Part shown: positions 63,400 through 64,000 of the stretch, piece after piece
Position numbering within the stretch: position 1 is the stretch's first letter
Layout: each line of letters begins with the position of its first letter
Assembly (NCBI RefSeq): GCF_016432865.1
Contig: NC_067398.1
Location: 483,662,001 to 483,726,000, forward strand
DNA: 64,000 nt
Direction of reading: 5' to 3'
DNA from: Antechinus flavipes
Lineage: Eukaryota
Position numbers and translations under genes: made by a program
Notes under the pieces: generated by a model
What the model saw: the letters and a program-made list of their open reading frames with translations, nothing else
Databases searched by the model: none
Told to the model about the DNA's origin: nothing

Positions 63400-64000
63400 A
63401 TTTATTTATTTTTTTAAATTGGCAAAAATTAGTGTTTGCAATTCTCTCTTCCCTCTCATACCCCCAATCCTTATCAATTAAAAAAAGAAAGAAAAACAAA
63501 TTTCCTGTTGAAAGCAAATACAGTCAGGCAAAATAGATTCTCACATTGGCCACATTCCGACAGAATATGCCTTGGTTTGTATTGAGTATCACTTTTCTGT
63601 TAGAAAACCTGTTTTGTCATCTGAAATTGTGTTTGGTAATAATGTTGATTAGAGTTCTTCAGACTGCATCATTTCACGTAGATTTTTTGGCCTCTTTCCA
63701 AAATCATAACCTTCATCATTTCCTACAGTACAATAATATTCTTTTACATTCAAATACACCTTTGAATTGTTTTGCATAGGACTAAATCCTTTTCCTTAAT
63801 CTACCCTTGCGCATTCTCTCTCTTTCTCGCGCGCTCTCTCTCTTTAATTAAAGCTTTTTATTTTTCAAATCACATGCACAAACAATTCTTTAACATTAGC
63901 CTTTGCAAAATCTTGTGTTCCAATTTTCCCTCTTTTCCCTTACATTCTCCCCTAGATGGCAAGTAGCCTAATATGGCTAACTAATATGTTAAACATGGTA
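63400..64000 (-). mobile_element. Two L1 3'-end fragments (about 63400-63760 and 63845-64000) with a (CT)n spacer
   Basis: T-tails, and ctttgcaaaatcttgtgttccaattttccc...ccctagatggcaagtag. Confidence 0.7.

Noticed and set aside
3529-63966. Most ORFs in the six-frame track
   Set aside because: They are short, low-complexity readings of L1, L2, RTE or AT-rich intron sequence. Only those overlapping TRAPPC8 exons or LINE ORF remnants are meaningful.
1-64000. CRISPR array, tRNA/rRNA gene, CpG-island promoter, endogenous virus
   Set aside because: No regular repeat-spacer structure, no cloverleaf or rRNA motif, no CpG-rich segment and no recognisable viral ORF.

Overview
This is AT-rich, CpG-poor mammalian genomic DNA. 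The repeat content (WSINE1-like and MAR1 CORE-SINEs, RTE, L2/L3, L1 3' ends) indicates a marsupial, most likely a dasyurid. The window lies wholly inside one + strand gene, TRAPPC8 (TRAPPIII subunit, Trs85 homologue). I traced 19 consecutive internal coding exons (3252-62285) that splice into one stop-free frame of 2987 nt (about 995 codons). They probably correspond to human exons 3-21, but that numbering is inferred; the start and stop codons lie outside the window. The first intron is a U12-type (minor spliceosome) GT-AG intron. Introns are packed with nested retroelements, many with readable target-site duplications (TSDs). The most interesting observations are: a candidate 42-nt in-frame cassette exon and a candidate poison exon in one intron; a TSD-bounded L1 3' transduction; a TSD-bounded L1 lacking almost all of ORF2; and two 7SL-derived retroposons, one carrying a G-quadruplex motif. 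I found no prokaryotic-type system, CRISPR array or intact RNA gene. Repeat boundaries without TSDs are approximate, and family names and protein comparisons come from recall, not from a database search.
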